A stretch of DNA of 64,000 bases. It comes from Eukaryota sp. TZLM1-RC (taxonomy: Eukaryota; Protista; Metamonada: BaSk clade). The stretch lies in NCBI GenBank assembly GCA_040285825.1, contig JAUPSS010000004.1, forward strand, positions 5,113,784 through 5,177,783. Reading direction: 5' to 3'. The translations under genes were made by a program, and so were the position numbers. Positions 1 through 12,053 of this stretch are shown piece by piece (position 1 is the first letter of the stretch; each line of letters begins with the position of its first letter). A model generated the notes under the pieces. The model searched no databases, was not told the origin of the DNA, and worked only from the letters and a program-made list of their open reading frames with translations.

Positions 1-1819
1 AGTATTGTCTACTGAAATCGGAGTATTTGATAATTGATGACGCTCTGCTTCTTCCCTTTTTTCTTGCAGACGAGTATTTTTCATTTTAATATCGTCTAAT
101 AAAGGTATATTGGAATCAAATTTTGATAAGTTTCCTAATATGTTTGCAGGGTCCGATCTTGGACTAATCGAAGATCCGAACATTAGTTCGTAAGGTGTAA
201 AACCTGTCTTTCTGCTTTTAGTGGAATTTATTAATAGTTGGGATATGGGTACATAAGTAGACCAATTTCCATAATCATTAAAATCTATTAATAATTTCCT
301 CAAGCATTGTAGAACGTCTCTATGTTTTCGCTCTACGAGTCCATTACTTTCAGAGTAGTGGGGTATTGAGTTACTCATCTCAATAGCTAATCTATTACAC
401 ACTATCTTAAAAGTCTCATTGGCGAACTCAGGACCATTATCACTATGAATTAACATAGGTATGCCAAAAATTGCGCAAACGTTCCAAATCAAAGCGTCTG
501 CGGTCTCTAAGGCATTGAGTTCCTTCAGAGGGACTAAAATTGAATATCCAGTAAAAGAATCTACAAATACTAATAAGTATTTATTAGCATCACTATCAGT
601 ATTCAGAGGTCCAATTGTGTCAACATTTAGTCTGGCAAAAGGACGATCTGCCCAAAGGGAACCTGTGAAAGGTGTATTTGTTCTTTTAACTGGTGCCGTT
701 TTTTGACAAGTTGGGCATCTTTTGATGTGGTTTATGAGGTCCTTTCTCATATTAGGCCAGAAAAAGTCGCTTTTGGACAGTTTATGTAGACTGTCGTTTT
801 TGCTGGGGTGGCCTGATTGAACCAATCCATGAATTAATAATAGTGCCTGTTTTCTGAGGCTTTTTGGAATTAAAATTTTATTTTTATTGTTTTTCCAAAT
901 TTGAGTATATTCATCTAGAATTGCATTCTCAAATAGAGGGTCATTATTATTTTTGGCTATTTGTTGTTCGGATCTTATTTTAGAGAACCAAGAAGAAAAA
1001 ATAGGTAAGTCCTGGTGTCTACTTAGGGATGAAATTGATGGGATGTCTTCGAAGTCCGAATCAGAATCATCGTCTATAGGAGGTATCTCGTAATTCGAAA
1101 GTAAAGTATCTGGTATATTTATACTACATATAGAAGGAGTTTCCTCATTTTGATCTAAATCAATATTCCTCGATAGCATATCTGCCCAGTGGTTATCTTC
1201 ACCTGGTTCATGGACTATATCAAAGTCGAATTCAGATAGTATCGGCAGCCATCTCTTTACAATTCTATTTTTCTCTGGGGATGTGGCCAGGAATGCGATA
1301 TTTTTGTGATCGGTGAAAATTGTTAGATGTCTAGTCAAAAGGTAGCTTTCTAAACAACTTTCAGTTAAAATCAGAAGAATTGCATATAATTCTTTCTGTA
1401 AAGTGGACCATTTTCTTTGTGTTTCTGTAAGTAATCTACTATAGAACGACAAAGGTTTCACTTTTCTTTTATTCAGCGGGGTTCCTGCAGGGGAGTATGG
1501 TTCAATTTCTTGCCAAATAACGCCTCCAACTGCTACATCTGATGCGTCGGTACTTATTAGTACGCGCTTGCCCGGAGCTGGTAATTCAAGGGGCATGTGA
1601 TTAATTATTAAATCTTTTATTTGTTTAAGATAATCGTCATGCTCGTTGGTCCATTTTATTACTCTAGGTTTTCCTTTAATTAACTCATTAATTGGAGCTA
1701 TTAACTCGGAAATACCTGGAAGCCAATCTCTTATATAATTGATGGATCCTACCAATGAGCGAACTTCTTTCACTGATTTTGGTCTAGGGATTCTCATCAA
1801 GGCTTCGATTTTTTTCTTA

Positions 1820-4800
1820 CTAATAAATCTGGTTTTTATCCTGGAAGGTGCTTCCTAAAATATCAATAGGGTGTTTGGATGTTACGAATTTACATTTACG
1901 TAAACCTATATTTACACGTCTATTTCTGGCGCATTGGAGGACTCTTTGTAATCTCTTATAGAATTCATCGAAAGTCGTTCCAACTATTATAATATCATCA
2001 ATATATATGAAAACGCCATCAATTTGGAATATTTCCATCATTACATTTTGAAATACTGCTGGGATGTTCTTTAATCCGAAGCAAGCTCTTTTAAACATAA
2101 TTGACCTTCCAGGGATTGAGATTGATGTTTTCTCAATGTCCTTCTCAGCTACATTCATTTGCCAGAAAGCTTTTGGTAAATCAAGCGTGGCTATGTAGTC
2201 TGCTCTACTTAAAAACTCTAAAATATCACTAATCCTAGGTAGATTAGGCTCTACTGAAATCGTGTGGGCATTAACACCATCTTTACCGCTAAAGTCTCCA
2301 GTTAGCCTGGGTTTCTTGCCGTCAGGATATATAACTAAGACAATAGGAGAGCTGAATTTATAATTAGATTCAACTGCATAGCCCATTTCAATCAGTTCAT
2401 CAAATATTTTGTTTGCTATTTCCATTTTGCTGGGATTTAAACGTCTCGCAGGTTTATGTACTATAGCATTCTCGTCTCTAAAGGGGATTGTTAGAGGTTT
2501 ACAATCGATTCCTTTTCTGTTTGGAGTTTCACTAAAAACATCGCTGAAAATTCTTAGTAGACTCGTTAATTTTAATTTATTATTATCATCATCTAATTTT
2601 ATCTCACAACCAGATCTAGTTAACTGCTCCACAAAATCAGAAGGACTCGGTGATTGGTTATCTAAGGTCCCAATCGAATGTTGAGCGATTCTTGAGTCGA
2701 ATTCAGATTCTGCATTTAACAAAGTGCGGTGTTCTTTGTCTAATCTAATGAAAAGACCATCATCCGTCTGAAGCCCAAGTGTTTTTAACATGTCTATCCC
2801 TAATAATAATTTGTTCGAACCCGGGATTATGGGAAGAGTATGTCTATAATGTACCTGGTGCGCAATGCTTCCTACGTTGAACGACAGAATACCATTTGCA
2901 CTCCCTAGCGATTTACTTGATACGTTATTGGCTGGTAAGAACTCAATTGTATCATCTCTATTAATTGACATGTTGCATTTGTTAGCCAAATCTTCTGTTA
3001 TAACCGAACAAAACGCTGCCGAATCAATAGTTGCAATCATCTTTATATTATTTATTAAAATCTCCAATCTTAGAAATGGAGAACGCTGGGATCTGATGTG
3101 GTTCTCACTAACCGTAGAATTTATACCAAAAATACTATTGATATCAGAGCTGGGTTTGTGGAATTGTAGAGGATTTAGTAAGAATTGTTGAGCTGTTGGG
3201 GAGTTGTTGACTGGGTTTCCGAAATCGGCAATTGATTGATTATGATTGATTGCGTTGATTTGTTTCCGATCGGGAAAGTTTCCAGTGTTTCTGACCCTGT
3301 TGCTGAAACGGTCAATCCGTCTGTGAGAGGTCATGCTCGAACTAGCTGACACGTTCTCAGAAGGGGATGATGTTGATGATGTATCCTCTTGTGTGTTTAT
3401 GTAATAAATAGGTCTATATTGACCTCTGCCTTTATGTCCTCTAAAATGGCCACCTCGGCCCCTACCTCTAAACCTAGAAATACGTCTACCACGGCCACCT
3501 CGGCCTCTAACTACGCTGCCACTTCTCGCAGGCTGATCAGCCTCGCCGATCTTGAACCTCAATTCTTTTGGTACCTTGCTCCTGGTACAACGGGGGTCTT
3601 TGCATTCGAAAACCGTGTGACCGATAGGATTATTTCCTTCGGTGACGTTACAGAATGTACAGAACTTAGATCCCTCTCGTTCATGTCTTTCTGGCACATA
3701 TTTGTTTTGGGGAGTTCCTTTGGATCCGCCTCCCGAGCGACGTTTAGTACCTGGACCAGATGGGGTTGCTCCTCTAGAGAACGTTCTCATGGTCGAAAGG
3801 CCTAAAGGGATGTCTTCTTCTCTTTCAGCTTGTTTTCTCAAAAGTTCCATGGTGTGCCTATTTCCTGTTGTTTGGCACCAAGCTAGAAAGTGTCTCCTGG
3901 TGGTCGAAATCAGGTCTAACAAAGTTGTACCTGTTGAAGGGTCCCATAGATCTTCTCTTGTCCAATGGCTTGCCAGCTCCTTGGTAATGGCAAAATTATC
4001 TATGCCCAAGAGAAAGTATTCTGCAATAAGGGCGGGTGAGAGGGTTATTAAACCACTGCTTCCCCTAATTGATGCAGATATGGAGTGATCAACCATGTAA
4101 GTGGTCATCCTCAGGACGTCTCCAAAATCTTCGACGAACTTACCAAATTCGTTGTCCGCATCCACTTTGTTGTGGATGTTTCTCCAGTTTATACATGGTT
4201 TTGCTAGGGCAGAGCAAGCCTCATGATATGAGGTAAATTGTGTCCTGCGTAGCAGAAAAACCATTAGGTCGGCGTCTGAGAAGTCCGGTCTTAGAAGTCC
4301 TTGGCCTTGCCATCTAGAGATGAGATGGGGGTCGACCATGCTTGATAAGCCGGATGGACAAGTACTAATCATCATACTTCTAAATAAGTCATAATGATGG
4401 ATAGGAGGTCCCAAACGTTTCTTTAGTTCTGGGTCGATCCTTAAGAGTGGCTGTTTCATGTCCCTGTCTATTTCTTCTCTGATGTGAGATGGGAATGATG
4501 ATAACAACTCAGGGGTAATCTGGGTCTTTCCTTCGCCAAATATTTGGGTTGCTATCAACATAGCACGAGACCAATCAGATTGACCAGGGGCTTGAAAGCT
4601 TCGATTGGCTATCTTGCGCCCGTATTTGTCCCATGTTTGGAATTTGAGGAGGAAGGAGACGAGAGACATCTTATTAAGAGGGTCCTTCTCAGATAGGTGA
4701 GGGGCTTTATATTCAGCTGACCTAGGCTGAGAGTCCACATGTCTCTGAAGACTACTTGCTATACTCATATCCAAAATATTTCTAGAAGCTTGGAGGTCTT

Positions 4801-6193
4801 CCAAACGGAGAGGCTCCTCAGAAGTAACTCTTCTACGAGGGGGTTGAGGAGGAGGTGTTTCATCTAAACTAGGTCCTCTCAACTCGACTTCGTCTTCTGG
4901 TGCGCTAGTGAGCATGGGTTGGGAGGGACTTGATGGTCCCTGAACCACTCTGATAGGTCTGTTTGCTCGTTCTGTCACATCTACTGTTGGGATGTGATCA
5001 GGGAGTACGTCAATGGAACAGACTTGTACCGGTTGCTCTTTTTCAGATATAATTGGGGCAATTATAGGAAGTTTAGGTCTCTGGTGGAGCTCTGTTGATT
5101 GATCGCCCGTGACCAAGAACCTGAACTTCTTTTTCCTTGTCGTTGATTCCCCGAATTGCTGAATGAAGTTATTTGGGCGGCTCCTAAATGTGGATACGCT
5201 TGAACGTTCCGTAAGTATATTATTTAGGGCGTCCGCGTCAAAGAAGTCACTGACGGGATCCAACTTACTTGGATTTGTGCTGTCTGCTTGTTCCATGTAT
5301 TCTCTGAAACAAGTAGGAGCCCCATCCTCTACCTCTGAGTAGTTATGGATGATCGTATCAAAGTGCGAGTCCAACCATGCCGGTAATTTGGTTTCCAGGA
5401 TGTCGTCGGTATCGGTTCTGCTCCTTCTTTCGATGGCTAAGAACCTGATCCTTCTCCCGAATTGATCTAAGTGAATGGCTTCCCAATCAGGCCTATCTTT
5501 GATAGGTTTTGCCAGAATCACATGGATCTCTCTATCCATACCGGTTATCCTAGGACGGCGTTCTGCCCCGCGTCCATAGGTCTCTCTACTCAAAGTGTCC
5601 AACGCGTTAATGAGTTCTCTTCTCTCATTTTGAGGGAATTCGTAGACTCTATTAGGGTCCCCTTTATGGCCCAGAGTCTGGAATCCCACATTTCTACCAG
5701 ATTTTGATATTTGCTTCCAAAGGGGAGGGAGCTGCTCGAACAAACAATGATCTGTTGGTTCAAGGTGAGCTTCCGCGTCCTTCATTATCTGTTGGCGAAG
5801 CTCTTTTTCATCGTCGTCCATTTCTTCTAAAACGGACTGGAGTTCTTCGTAGTCCTTTAGGACAGACGAAGTATCCGAGCTTAACCCAACATTTTCTTTA
5901 GGTGAGGAGGGGGGTGGTCCCGTTCCTGAAACCTTATCTGGTTTGTTGGACATGGAAGAGGCGGGAGGTGGTTCCGTGCCTGGTTCCATTGTTTTTGATT
6001 TGGAAGAGGCGGGAGGTGGTTCCGTGCCTGGTTCCATTGGTTTCTCTTGAGGGGGGGCGGAGGGTGGTCTCGAGCCCGAATCCTCGCTCTTTGCTTCTAC
6101 TCCTATTGTTGTGAATGTGTTATATGCATCTCTGTCGTGCTGTTGCATGAAAATCTTAAAAGAGTCAGTGTCCTGGCGAGGAGAGACTGACAT
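1820..6193 (-). CDS. Gag-protease-RT polyprotein of the gypsy element; continues in a shifted frame through RNase H and integrase (1..~1832)
   Basis: 1457 aa ORF. At GAT AAA AAC CAG, deleting one A gives DKTRFISKKKIEALMRIPRPKSVKEVRSLVGSINY. Gag N-terminus carries a 48-bp-period repeat (MEPGTEPPPASS x2) and there is an RGG-rich tract. Confidence 0.92.
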   Translation of the reverse strand: MSVSPRQDTDSFKIFMQQHDRDAYNTFTTIGVEAKSEDSGSRPPSAPPQEKPMEPGTEPPPASSKSKTMEPGTEPPPASSMSNKPDKVSGTGPPPSSPKENVGLSSDTSSVLKDYEELQSVLEEMDDDEKELRQQIMKDAEAHLEPTDHCLFEQLPPLWKQISKSGRNVGFQTLGHKGDPNRVYEFPQNERRELINALDTLSRETYGRGAERRPRITGMDREIHVILAKPIKDRPDWEAIHLDQFGRRIRFLAIERRSRTDTDDILETKLPAWLDSHFDTIIHNYSEVEDGAPTCFREYMEQADSTNPSKLDPVSDFFDADALNNILTERSSVSTFRSRPNNFIQQFGESTTRKKKFRFLVTGDQSTELHQRPKLPIIAPIISEKEQPVQVCSIDVLPDHIPTVDVTERANRPIRVVQGPSSPSQPMLTSAPEDEVELRGPSLDETPPPQPPRRRVTSEEPLRLEDLQASRNILDMSIASSLQRHVDSQPRSAEYKAPHLSEKDPLNKMSLVSFLLKFQTWDKYGRKIANRSFQAPGQSDWSRAMLIATQIFGEGKTQITPELLSSFPSHIREEIDRDMKQPLLRIDPELKKRLGPPIHHYDLFRSMMISTCPSGLSSMVDPHLISRWQGQGLLRPDFSDADLMVFLLRRTQFTSYHEACSALAKPCINWRNIHNKVDADNEFGKFVEDFGDVLRMTTYMVDHSISASIRGSSGLITLSPALIAEYFLLGIDNFAITKELASHWTREDLWDPSTGTTLLDLISTTRRHFLAWCQTTGNRHTMELLRKQAEREEDIPLGLSTMRTFSRGATPSGPGTKRRSGGGSKGTPQNKYVPERHEREGSKFCTFCNVTEGNNPIGHTVFECKDPRCTRSKVPKELRFKIGEADQPARSGSVVRGRGGRGRRISRFRGRGRGGHFRGHKGRGQYRPIYYINTQEDTSSTSSPSENVSASSSMTSHRRIDRFSNRVRNTGNFPDRKQINAINHNQSIADFGNPVNNSPTAQQFLLNPLQFHKPSSDINSIFGINSTVSENHIRSQRSPFLRLEILINNIKMIATIDSAAFCSVITEDLANKCNMSINRDDTIEFLPANNVSSKSLGSANGILSFNVGSIAHQVHYRHTLPIIPGSNKLLLGIDMLKTLGLQTDDGLFIRLDKEHRTLLNAESEFDSRIAQHSIGTLDNQSPSPSDFVEQLTRSGCEIKLDDDNNKLKLTSLLRIFSDVFSETPNRKGIDCKPLTIPFRDENAIVHKPARRLNPSKMEIANKIFDELIEMGYAVESNYKFSSPIVLVIYPDGKKPRLTGDFSGKDGVNAHTISVEPNLPRISDILEFLSRADYIATLDLPKAFWQMNVAEKDIEKTSISIPGRSIMFKRACFGLKNIPAVFQNVMMEIFQIDGVFIYIDDIIIVGTTFDEFYKRLQRVLQCARNRRVNIGLRKCKFVTSKHPIDILGSTFQDKNQIY

Positions 6194-6277
6194 GATATCT
6201 GCTGAAGATATCCTCTGAATATAAAGCTGTGAATTATGTAAGCGGTATACCTATAACCTAATACGGCCAATAATTAT

Positions 6278-6358
6278 TGTTGCCTTAGGTTGCAAAAGTG
6301 GTTGAGATAAAGATAATTTATTTTCTATTCATATTATAAAAGCCTTAGGGCGCCAACA
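6278..6358 (-). repeat. Putative very short (81 bp) 5' LTR of the gypsy element
   Basis: Minus strand begins TGTTG and ends CAACA (terminal inverted 5-mers). It abuts unrelated retroposon sequence at 6359 and is followed by ATAATTATTGGCC, nearly the same post-LTR motif as at 21217. The second LTR is outside the window. Confidence 0.6.
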
Positions 6359-6359
6359 T

Positions 6360-6750
6360 ATCTTGTGAACTTGAAAAATTGCCGCCACAAGTTTGGACCA
6401 AATGTTTTCCTCAATCAATTCAAGAAATTCCAAACCGATCTCTTTTTAATTTACAGTTTTGCTGCAAAAAGCTTTGACAAAAATTGTCAAAGATTTTTGA
6501 AAGCTTGGATTTTGATGTTAGACTTGGCTTGGCCAAGAAAAAGAATCCCGCTTGTGCAAATCTTTTACAAGATATGTGTGACAGTACTTCTTCTGCCTTA
6601 GTAACAACAATTCCACAAGTTTATGGTACTCTCTTAACCGATTCTGCTTGGACTCTGAATATGAGATTTCGTTCCTTTATCTGGCCTGATAATTTACCTC
6701 ATAATTTAATTTGTAATATGTTCTCGAGAAATTACAACTACTCATTTGTA
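6360..6750 (+). mobile_element. RLE-type non-LTR retrotransposon family B fragment (left part of a copy split by a family A insertion)
   Basis: Translates WTKCFP...LDFDVRLGLAKKKNP...WTLNMRFRSFIWPDNLPHNLIC, homologous to the 49262-50638 ORF. Confidence 0.8.
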
Positions 6751-6759
6751 ATCAAATAG

Positions 6760-9347
6760 TATTTATTGAATTTGCACACTTGATTAAATTAAATCATAAC
6801 TAATGGGACGACTATCATTAAACCAAGATTTCCTCTACAAAATCTTGATTTGCTTGCTGTCTAGCTAAAGCTTCTCTAATTCGATTGAAAAACCGCGGTA
6901 ATCTATTAATAATGGCAAATTGAATCCGTGAACGCCATAAAAAAATATCAAATCTTTTCATTGTTTTTTCTTTCACCATTTTTTGGAAGTCATCCAAAAA
7001 AGTTTCTGCTTCAACTGACAATCTTCCATTTATCGAAAATGGGAAAGCAATAAAAACCAGCTGTGTATTTCTATCGACATTTGGATCTTCAATTTCTTTA
7101 TCATATTTTCTATGTTTTTCTTTTGCTTTAAAATCCAGAGCAGCCACAGGATTAAGTTTTCTTCTGTGAACCAAAGTATCGTTTGCAACATTACATGAGA
7201 CAAAGTCAACAATAGCTTCAGAATTATCAATCCAATCACAGTATACATCACCTCTATCATCAGAACCAAAATTATTCAGAGAAAGTGTTTCCTTCAGCAG
7301 GGGCTCTTTGATACACGATATCCTTGCAGTTTGTGCCATATTGAAAACAGTGTCTCTAACGGCATCATGTAATGAAGAACGATAAGTTATCAATTTGGAG
7401 CAATTTAGAGCATGGCGCAAAGTGAGTTGAGGTGAATTCGAACAAATACATTTTTCTTTTGATAATAATTGGTTAATGGGGATGTTCAAATATAATCTCA
7501 TTTTTGTTACAAATGCTTCATTAGTGGCACACAATCCAAATCTTCGTGGTACAATGGTTACAAAAAGTGAAGAATCTGACGCGTTGTTTTCACAAACACC
7601 CTTTTCCAATAACAATGAGTGAAGATCTTGATTTAAAACAGCCGAGCTGCAAATGTTATTATAAAGATCTTTTTCATACATTCCAGTCAATCTTTTCTGT
7701 AATGTTCGAAGAGTGTACTTCAAATTTAAAACATTTTTTTCTGGAATATTGCCATTGAATGATTGGGGAAAACATCGACCCCATTTTTCTACATCAATTC
7801 TTGAAATTTCTTCATTTAATGCAAAAACAGTGGAACTTTGCGTTGTCATCAATAAATCTTCCCAATCTGCAAATCTTTCGGAAAACTCAAAGATTGCATT
7901 TCTGCATCCACCAACAAAAGCACACGAGGTAAGAATAGAAGCCTTCGTCCACCCTAAACCACCATAATGTGGACTAAGGTAAGCATGATCTGGAATTTGA
8001 AACATTTTACATCCCAGTAATTGAGACAGAACTTTTGCACGTAATTCATTAAACTTTTGAGCCAAAGGTCTAGTGACGAGAGGATTTGTAGATCGAAATA
8101 TATGATTAAAATTGGAACTAAAACACAGTCTTATAATGGTAAATTTGATGTGTTTTTTTATATCTAAATTCATCATTCGGTCAATTTTGTCAGAAATTGA
8201 GTTCAACTTTTCAAACAATTTTTTGGTAATTTCATCATTATTTCCTAAAAACGAACCCAAATGACGAATAGCATCAATTGAATATAATTTGGCTTGAATT
8301 TCAATATCATCAATTATTGTGGAAACTGGAGAATTCGATAACAAAACAGATTTAAGTAAATTAAGTCGGAGACCAATTTTGGTAAATAATTCTTTAAAAC
8401 ATACAGTTGCTTTTTTCACAATATTTAATTCACCAATAAGCACAACATCATCCATATATGCAATCATTTTTAGTGAAGGAAACATCTCTTGAATTTGCAG
8501 TAGAATAGGATGAATGGCCAAACAAAACAAAAGAGGTCCTAACGGATCTCCTTGCTTTACGCCACTTGATGAACTCACAATGTTGTTACCAAAATGTAAA
8601 TTAGAATATGTGCAATATGTTGATTGAAAATATGGTATTAATTCCGGCATATATTGCAATAGAGCACCATGGATACTGCGACGACTTAGTGAATTGAAAG
8701 CATTACTAAAATCCAATGACATGCAAACATTGGATTCATTTTGGCAAAATAATACATCTGTAGCAAATATCGCTGAAGAAACTCCATCTGTAGTATTTAT
8801 ACCATATTGAAAGGGTAATAAAATCTTTTTAGCTTTTTCATTGAACCTGCTTAAGCAACACGCAGAAAAAATATTGTGTAAGCTCTCAGAGACTGCAATA
8901 GGACGAACATCCATTTTTGAATTTTTGACAAGTGCAGTCAAACGAGAACTTCTTAATTCTTCTGGGTATTTGCGTTGACCAGATAATATTTGGTTGAAAA
9001 ATTTGGTCAATAAACCAAGGCAATCTTCTGAAGAAATAATCGCGGCTTTTACATGATCAATAGTAATACCAGAAAGTCCGGCAGACTTACCACGAGGTCT
9101 CTTTTTGATAACCGAAAAAACTTCTGATGGCATCAATGGATAATTTTCCCAGTATGTGCCGTAAAAATTTTGATCCATTATAGGGTCTTCATAAGGATGA
9201 AGTATTTTCAGTTTATCTATTGTATTTTCATTGTTTGGTGCTTTAACTCCGGGACTTAAAGCTGACAAAGCCTTGGACCATTTGTTGTCAAAGCATTTGT
9301 CTTCAAAAATTTTACTTAATTTCTCGGATGACTGATTTCTCGGTGCT
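6760..9347 (-). mobile_element. 5'-truncated CRE/SLACS-like non-LTR retrotransposon, family A, intact RT + RLE frame
   Basis: 848 aa ORF 6818-9364 with VRPIAV, LDFSNAFNS, GVKQGDPLGPLLF, YMDD, a CxC...H...C finger and RLE motifs (HD...DRGD...DF...K..KY). The 3' UTR ending in AATAAA is shared with the other copies. Confidence 0.92.
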
Positions 9348-9975
9348 TTAGAAGCAAGGTTCATGATGCTGTAAGAGACCAGCTATATTGTATGTGTAAA
9401 TCTCATAGAATTGAATCCTTCTTGGAACCTCTGTTGTCAAATCTGTTTGATGCTGAAGATGATTTTTATAAGAATAATAGAGGTGATGTAATATTACCTG
9501 GATTAGATAGAAGCTTCATTTTATTGGATGTAATGTCTGTTGATCCTTGTAATGCCTCAAATGAAAGGCTTGTTAATTCTGAAATTCATAATCCTCTTTC
9601 AAATGCTTAAAATTTCAAACTCAAAAAATACAATGAACCTTTGTCCAAATTGGCCAGTCTACAGCATGCAAAATACAATTTGTATCCATTTGTATTTTCC
9701 CTTTTTGGTTCACTTGCACCAACTGCTTTACGTTTTTTGGATGATTTTGAATTGATTGTAAAGAGAAGAACTGGGAGAAATTTCAACAGATTGTTTTGGC
9801 AAAATAGAATTGTGTTTTCTATTTTTGAGGGGATGTTGAAGATGGTTTCTGATGCTTTGCTGTCTCTTGGTTCTCACTATGAAAGAGTTGCATCTAGTGT
9901 TTTTGTTTTGGGAGAGATGGATTTTTTAGATGTTGATTTATAGGTTTTGAATAAAATTAAAATTAAATAAAAAAC
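9348..9975 (+). mobile_element. Family B non-LTR 3' end (RLE domain, A-rich tail)
   Basis: FRSKVHDAVRDQLY...NRGDV...LDV...PFVFSLFG...FWQNRIVF, with an in-frame stop and an A-rich tail after 9943. Confidence 0.85.
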
Positions 9976-10136
9976 AAAAAAAAATTAAATTCTTTTATGT
10001 TGATTTCACATGAGTTTTATATAATAATCCTGTATTCTAACACCTGATTTTGACATAAAATACAAAAAAATAAATTAACGTAATTAAAAAATTCTATACA
10101 AACAACTAAAATACAATAGAAAGCAAAACAAAAAAC

Positions 10137-12053
10137 CTAAATTAAACCAGAAATACTTTCATTGACTGCTAATTTGATCTTATTTTGTTCTAAACTGATA
10201 CGCTTTCGAACCAACTCATCCTCCACACCAGCAATTACATTACAAAGAAGCAAATCGCCCAATACATTTCCACTTTCGGCAACTTCACCACGTGATCGCT
10301 CAGAAACAACGTGATCGTTTTGGCCTAATGCCACATCATCAAACACGTCATCAACAAACACAGAAGCTGCTCTTCCATGTACCCTTCTTAATTTTTCATA
10401 CTTTTCTTGTCGTTGTTTCGCCATGATCTCTTCTTGAGCTCTTTTTTCACTTTCCAAATTTTCACGAATTTCGCGCTCCTTGACAGCCTTCTCCATGATC
10501 TTAACCAGACGCATTTCCTCTCTTTTCCTCACCAACTCTTTGGCCAAGAAATCAAGCTTTGAACCCAAAACATTGCCAATTTTCTGCGTTTTCCTCTGCT
10601 TTTCAACTAATTTCTCGACTCTTCTTGCTCTTTCAACATCCCTTCTCTGTTCCAATTCATTCAATACAACCTTGTAAGTTTCCTCGGCTCTCACCTCGGC
10701 AATCAAATCACGTTTCCTTTCCATGAGAGTTAAAAACTGTGTCTGACGTGACCTTCCTCTAATCAAAGCTTGTAAATGCACAACAGCCTCATTTCCCTTG
10801 ACAACCATACGCTCAAAATTATGAACAAGTCTTCTGATTTCCTGTCTTTTTGACCGATTAACCTTTCTAGCAGCATCAACACTTCCAAAAGCTACAGATG
10901 GATCTTCTTCTGGTTCACTATCAACGTCAGCAACAACATTAGGACATTCCGGCCTATCAATGGCTCGTAAGCATGGAGTCATCGGCCTTCTGATTATGGC
11001 AAGTTCATCACGTGATACGGTTTTTTTGATTGTTTTTGACCCAATGATTTTTGACTGTGATGACGTGTTTTCTGGACTTTTACACGTGGACACGACAAGA
11101 TCAAGAGAGTTTAATAGTCTCGTGTCCTTTAAGTTTCCTAGACCACGACCTTTTTTCAAGGCAGATAATCTTGCTTTTTTACTAGCAGTTTTGATATCAA
11201 TTTCATGATAATCAAATACTTCTTTTTTCAAATTATTAGAATTATTTCTATTATTATCATCAATTAAATAATTTTCCAATTCATTAATTCCATTTAAATC
11301 TCTTAATAAAGAAACGTCAACCTCAGCACGAGGAGTTGGCTTTGACAACTTGGAATCAATTCCACTATCAATTTTACCCCTAATCAATGACGTGTTTAAT
11401 CTTTTTGACACGTTTCGACACGTGGCATCACGTTTCCTGTGCAGCATTTCCAGCTTATCTAACAGCATCCTAGCTTTATTAGTTTGATGTGCAGCCACTC
11501 TAGTCTCAATATAATGGTCAATCTCTTGTGTCTGTTTCAGCAACGTTTCTTCAAGTTGATCAAGTTCAGCATCTTGAATCTTCTTGATAACAGCCTCCCT
11601 CTGTCCCCAGTCTTCTTTGTCTCTCTCCGCCAGTGCTTCTACGCGTAGGTCAAAATCAGTGGGCAGATTGGCTTCAAAGAGGCGGCGCTTACGGGCATTG
11701 ATGATGAGATCTACTTCAGCACGGCCAGCAGGCAGACCCTGTCCATATTTCAGTGCGGTGAGGGAAAGAACTTCTGGGGGTTGGGAGGAAGTTGTAGGGA
11801 TGGTGTAGTCAGGGGTGTAGGGGTCGGTTTGGACATCAGCTTCCCGATAGTCTGTGGAGATACCAATGGTGCGGGTGGGAGGGGAAGGTGGACGTGGAGT
11901 AGGTGGGTCTAGAGGATTAAGGTTATTAGATGTGGAGATGAGCTCTTGTGGAGTGAGTGCGGAGAGGAAAGGAAGTACGGGTCTTCGAAAGAAAAGGGGA
12001 CGATCAGAGCCTCTCACATCTACAGAGCGACGGATTAGGGTTTGGGTAGCCAT
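10137..12053 (-). CDS. CFAP91: Cilia- and flagella-associated protein 91 (CFAP91/MAATS1)
   Basis: Signature RPLFFRRP, TDYREADVQTDPYTPDY, PEVLSLTALKYGQGLPAGRAEV, an IQ-like LQALIRGR motif and DFLAKELVR. Confidence 0.9.
   Translation of the reverse strand: MATQTLIRRSVDVRGSDRPLFFRRPVLPFLSALTPQELISTSNNLNPLDPPTPRPPSPPTRTIGISTDYREADVQTDPYTPDYTIPTTSSQPPEVLSLTALKYGQGLPAGRAEVDLIINARKRRLFEANLPTDFDLRVEALAERDKEDWGQREAVIKKIQDAELDQLEETLLKQTQEIDHYIETRVAAHQTNKARMLLDKLEMLHRKRDATCRNVSKRLNTSLIRGKIDSGIDSKLSKPTPRAEVDVSLLRDLNGINELENYLIDDNNRNNSNNLKKEVFDYHEIDIKTASKKARLSALKKGRGLGNLKDTRLLNSLDLVVSTCKSPENTSSQSKIIGSKTIKKTVSRDELAIIRRPMTPCLRAIDRPECPNVVADVDSEPEEDPSVAFGSVDAARKVNRSKRQEIRRLVHNFERMVVKGNEAVVHLQALIRGRSRQTQFLTLMERKRDLIAEVRAEETYKVVLNELEQRRDVERARRVEKLVEKQRKTQKIGNVLGSKLDFLAKELVRKREEMRLVKIMEKAVKEREIRENLESEKRAQEEIMAKQRQEKYEKLRRVHGRAASVFVDDVFDDVALGQNDHVVSERSRGEVAESGNVLGDLLLCNVIAGVEDELVRKRISLEQNKIKLAVNESISGLI

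Larger units (their letters stand above)
1..6358 (-). mobile_element. Ty3/gypsy LTR retrotransposon (gag-PR-RT-RNaseH-IN order), 3' part runs off the window start
   Basis: ORF 1820-6193 has a CCHC-like knuckle (CTFC...H...C), protease ATIDSAAF and RT motifs LDLPKAFWQ and YIDD. After one extra A near 1832 the next frame reads RNase H (STDASDVAVGGV) and integrase (GHP...CPTCQ, LNVDTIGP, HSDNGPEF, SNGLVER) towards the window edge. Confidence 0.95.

Noticed and set aside
6349-6356. TGGCGCCC as a tRNA-Lys primer binding site
   Set aside because: It lies at the very start of the element, directly against unrelated retroposon DNA, so it fits better as part of the LTR 5' end (TGTTGGCGCCC).
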